DNA from: Reclinomonas americana ATCC 50394
Lineage: Eukaryota
Assembly: GCA_048213135.1 (NCBI GenBank)
Contig: PS015017.1
Span: forward strand, 91,349 to 127,130
DNA length: 35,782 bases
Direction of reading: 5' to 3'
The position numbers and the translations under genes are program-made. The notes under the pieces are model-generated. The model was not told where the DNA came from. It searched no databases and saw only the letters and a program-made list of their open reading frames with translations. Within the stretch, counting starts at the first letter, position 1. Each line of letters opens with the position of its first letter. Below are positions 33,930 to 35,782 of the stretch, piece by piece.

Positions 33930-35426
33930 GCCACGTGCGTCTGATGACTGCTGTTCTGTTGTGTTTTCTTGTCGATCGCCTGTCACCACCTTCCTCCCAC
34001 AGCACCGTGCTCGGCTCCGACACCATGGACATTCACTCGGGTGGCGAGGACCTCAAGTTCCCGCACCACGACAACGAGATGGCGCAGTCGGAGGCCTGCT
34101 TCTGCCACCACCAGTGGGTCAACTACTTTTTGCACTGCGGTCACCTGGGCATCAACGGCATGAAGATGAGCAAGTCAAAGAAGAACTTTACCAGCATCAA
34201 GGCCGCACTGGCACCGGGCGAATGCACCGGACGCCAGCTGCGCTTCCTGTTCCTTCTGCACCAGTACAACGCGCCACTGGATTTCAGCGAGGGCGCGCTG
34301 GACGAGGCCGCATCAGCCGAGCGCTCGTTCCGCGAGTTCTTCCACAACATGAAGGCCGAGCTGCGCGCCACCACCCTGCGCACGGCCACGCGATGGGACG
34401 ACGAGGAGCGTCAGCTGAAGAGCGCACTTTCCGCCGTGCAGGCCGGCATCGACGCGGCCCTCCGCGACGACTTCAACACGCCGCTGACGATGCGCTTGCT
34501 GGCCGAACTCGTCACCACCACCAACGTGTACGTGGCACGCTGCCGCGCCGCCGGCCGTGACCCCCGCGCCGCCGCGCTGCGCGATATCACTGCGTACGTG
34601 TCACGCATGTTTAACGTGTTCGGGTTGAACGAGACTGGCGCGCTCGGTTTCGCGACAACTGAGGAGCATGGCGGGGTGAGTGTGATTGTGTCTTGTCTCA
34701 CGTTCACCATTCATTCAGTGACTTACCAGTCTGCTGACACGCACAGGTGGAGGCCGCCGTTGCGCCTCTTCTCGACGCGATTGCCGATTTCCGCATGTCG
34801 GTGCGCTCGGCGGCGTTGGGGCGCGTCGACAGCGCATCCATCTTGCGCCTCACCGACGAGTTCCGCGACACGCGGATGGTGGAGCTGGGTGTGCGACTGG
34901 AGGATCGCCCCGACGCGCCAGTGGCATGGAAGCGCGACGCACCAGAGGTCTTGCAGCGAGAGCTTGCCGCCAGCCGCAAGGCCGAGGCCGCTCGCGAGGC
35001 CGATCGCGAGCTGCGTCGACGCGAGCGTGAGGCCGCTTCAGGTACGCCACGCATGCTTCTTCTTCGCACAGCAGCTACGTAAATATGACAACTCATGATT
35101 GTCACACAGTGCTGCGGAGTGAAATGGCCAAGAAATCGCCACTGGAGATGTTCCGCGACGCCACCGAGCAGTACTCGGCGTGGGACGCACTCGGCGTGCC
35201 CACTGCCGACGCCGACGGCAAACCACTCAGTCGCTCTCAGCGCAAGCGTCTACTGAAGACGTGGCGACAGCACGCGGAGATGCACAACGAGTTCCTGGTC
35301 AGCATGGGCTTCCCACCACTGGAGCTGGCCGTGGCAGAGGCGACGGAGACACCAGTTGTGTCGGTGGATCGCGATGAGTGCGCCGGGTGCTGCTCAGCAA
35401 TGGTCACTGGCGCCTGCGTGCGATGA
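32731..35426 (+). CDS. CARS1: Cysteinyl-tRNA synthetase (eukaryotic cytosolic type); introns 32875-32945, 33035-33108, 33500-33575, 33935-34002, 34676-34746, 35042-35109
   Basis: [86 protein letters not shown], C-terminal YSAWDALGVPTADADGKPLSRSQRKRL; the exact 3' end is less certain. Confidence 0.96.
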
Positions 35427-35568
35427 GCTGTGTGTGCGTGTGAGAACAATGTAAAGCAATCATGGGCGTTTGTTTACGACATGGTGTACCCGTCGCGAGG
35501 TTAGGTGGTGAAGTGTTGAATCCGAGCAGGACACAAGCGCATCTTCCGTCTTGTTTTCAATCGTCACA

Positions 35569-35677
35569 ATGAGCACGGAAGAGAAGAGCACACTGTTCAC
35601 CATTGTCGCCGGCGCAGTTGCACTGCTGCCGATCATCAGCGCGGGAGCCTACTCGATCTTTGGCCAGGCGCACAAGA
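35569..35677 (+). CDS. First exon of a probable signal-anchor/membrane protein (partial)
   Basis: cacaATG context, MSTEEKSTLFTIVAGAVALLPIISAGAYSIFGQAHK hydrophobic stretch, then an A|GTTGCG donor at 35678 and pyrimidine-rich intron-like sequence. Confidence 0.55.
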
Positions 35678-35782
35678 GTTGCGCGCGCACACACGCACAC
35701 GTCAGCACTACCATTGCGAATCTTTTCCTCTCTTTCTCTCTTTGTGTCTCATTCGCACGCACACTTGAGAGAGAAACACACA

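Noticed and set aside
1-35782. Alternative genetic code, CRISPR array, tRNA/rRNA genes, transposase
   Set aside because: TGA, TAG and TAA all terminate conserved genes and in-frame stops fall in introns; no spacer-repeat array, cloverleaf, rRNA or transposase motif was recognised by eye

Overview
GC-rich, very compact eukaryotic (protist-like) genomic scaffold with N-gaps and pyrosequencing-type artefacts. It uses the standard genetic code and has short (mostly 57-95 nt) GT-AG introns; about 70 were inferred by hand. Thirteen genes in order: 4xCCCH-VWA protein (-, partial), kinesin-14 (+), ATG5 (+), exportin-7 (+), PP1-type phosphatase (+, partial), TORTIFOLIA1/SPIRAL2-like HEAT protein (-), DNA primase small subunit (+), WD40-FN3-PB1-2xU-box protein (-), Q/H/P-rich protein with a small C-terminal folded domain (+), coiled-coil protein (-), cysteine dioxygenase (-), cysteinyl-tRNA synthetase (+) and the first exon of a signal-anchored protein (+). 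The most unusual signal is that about a quarter of the inferred introns use a donor, A|GTTGCG, that is the local donor consensus AG|GTGCG shifted by one nucleotide. Other highlights are a full-architecture SPR2 homologue outside plants, a novel-looking E3 ligase architecture, and a head-to-head CDO/CysRS pair. All gene models and family calls come from manual reading and motif recall; no searches were run.
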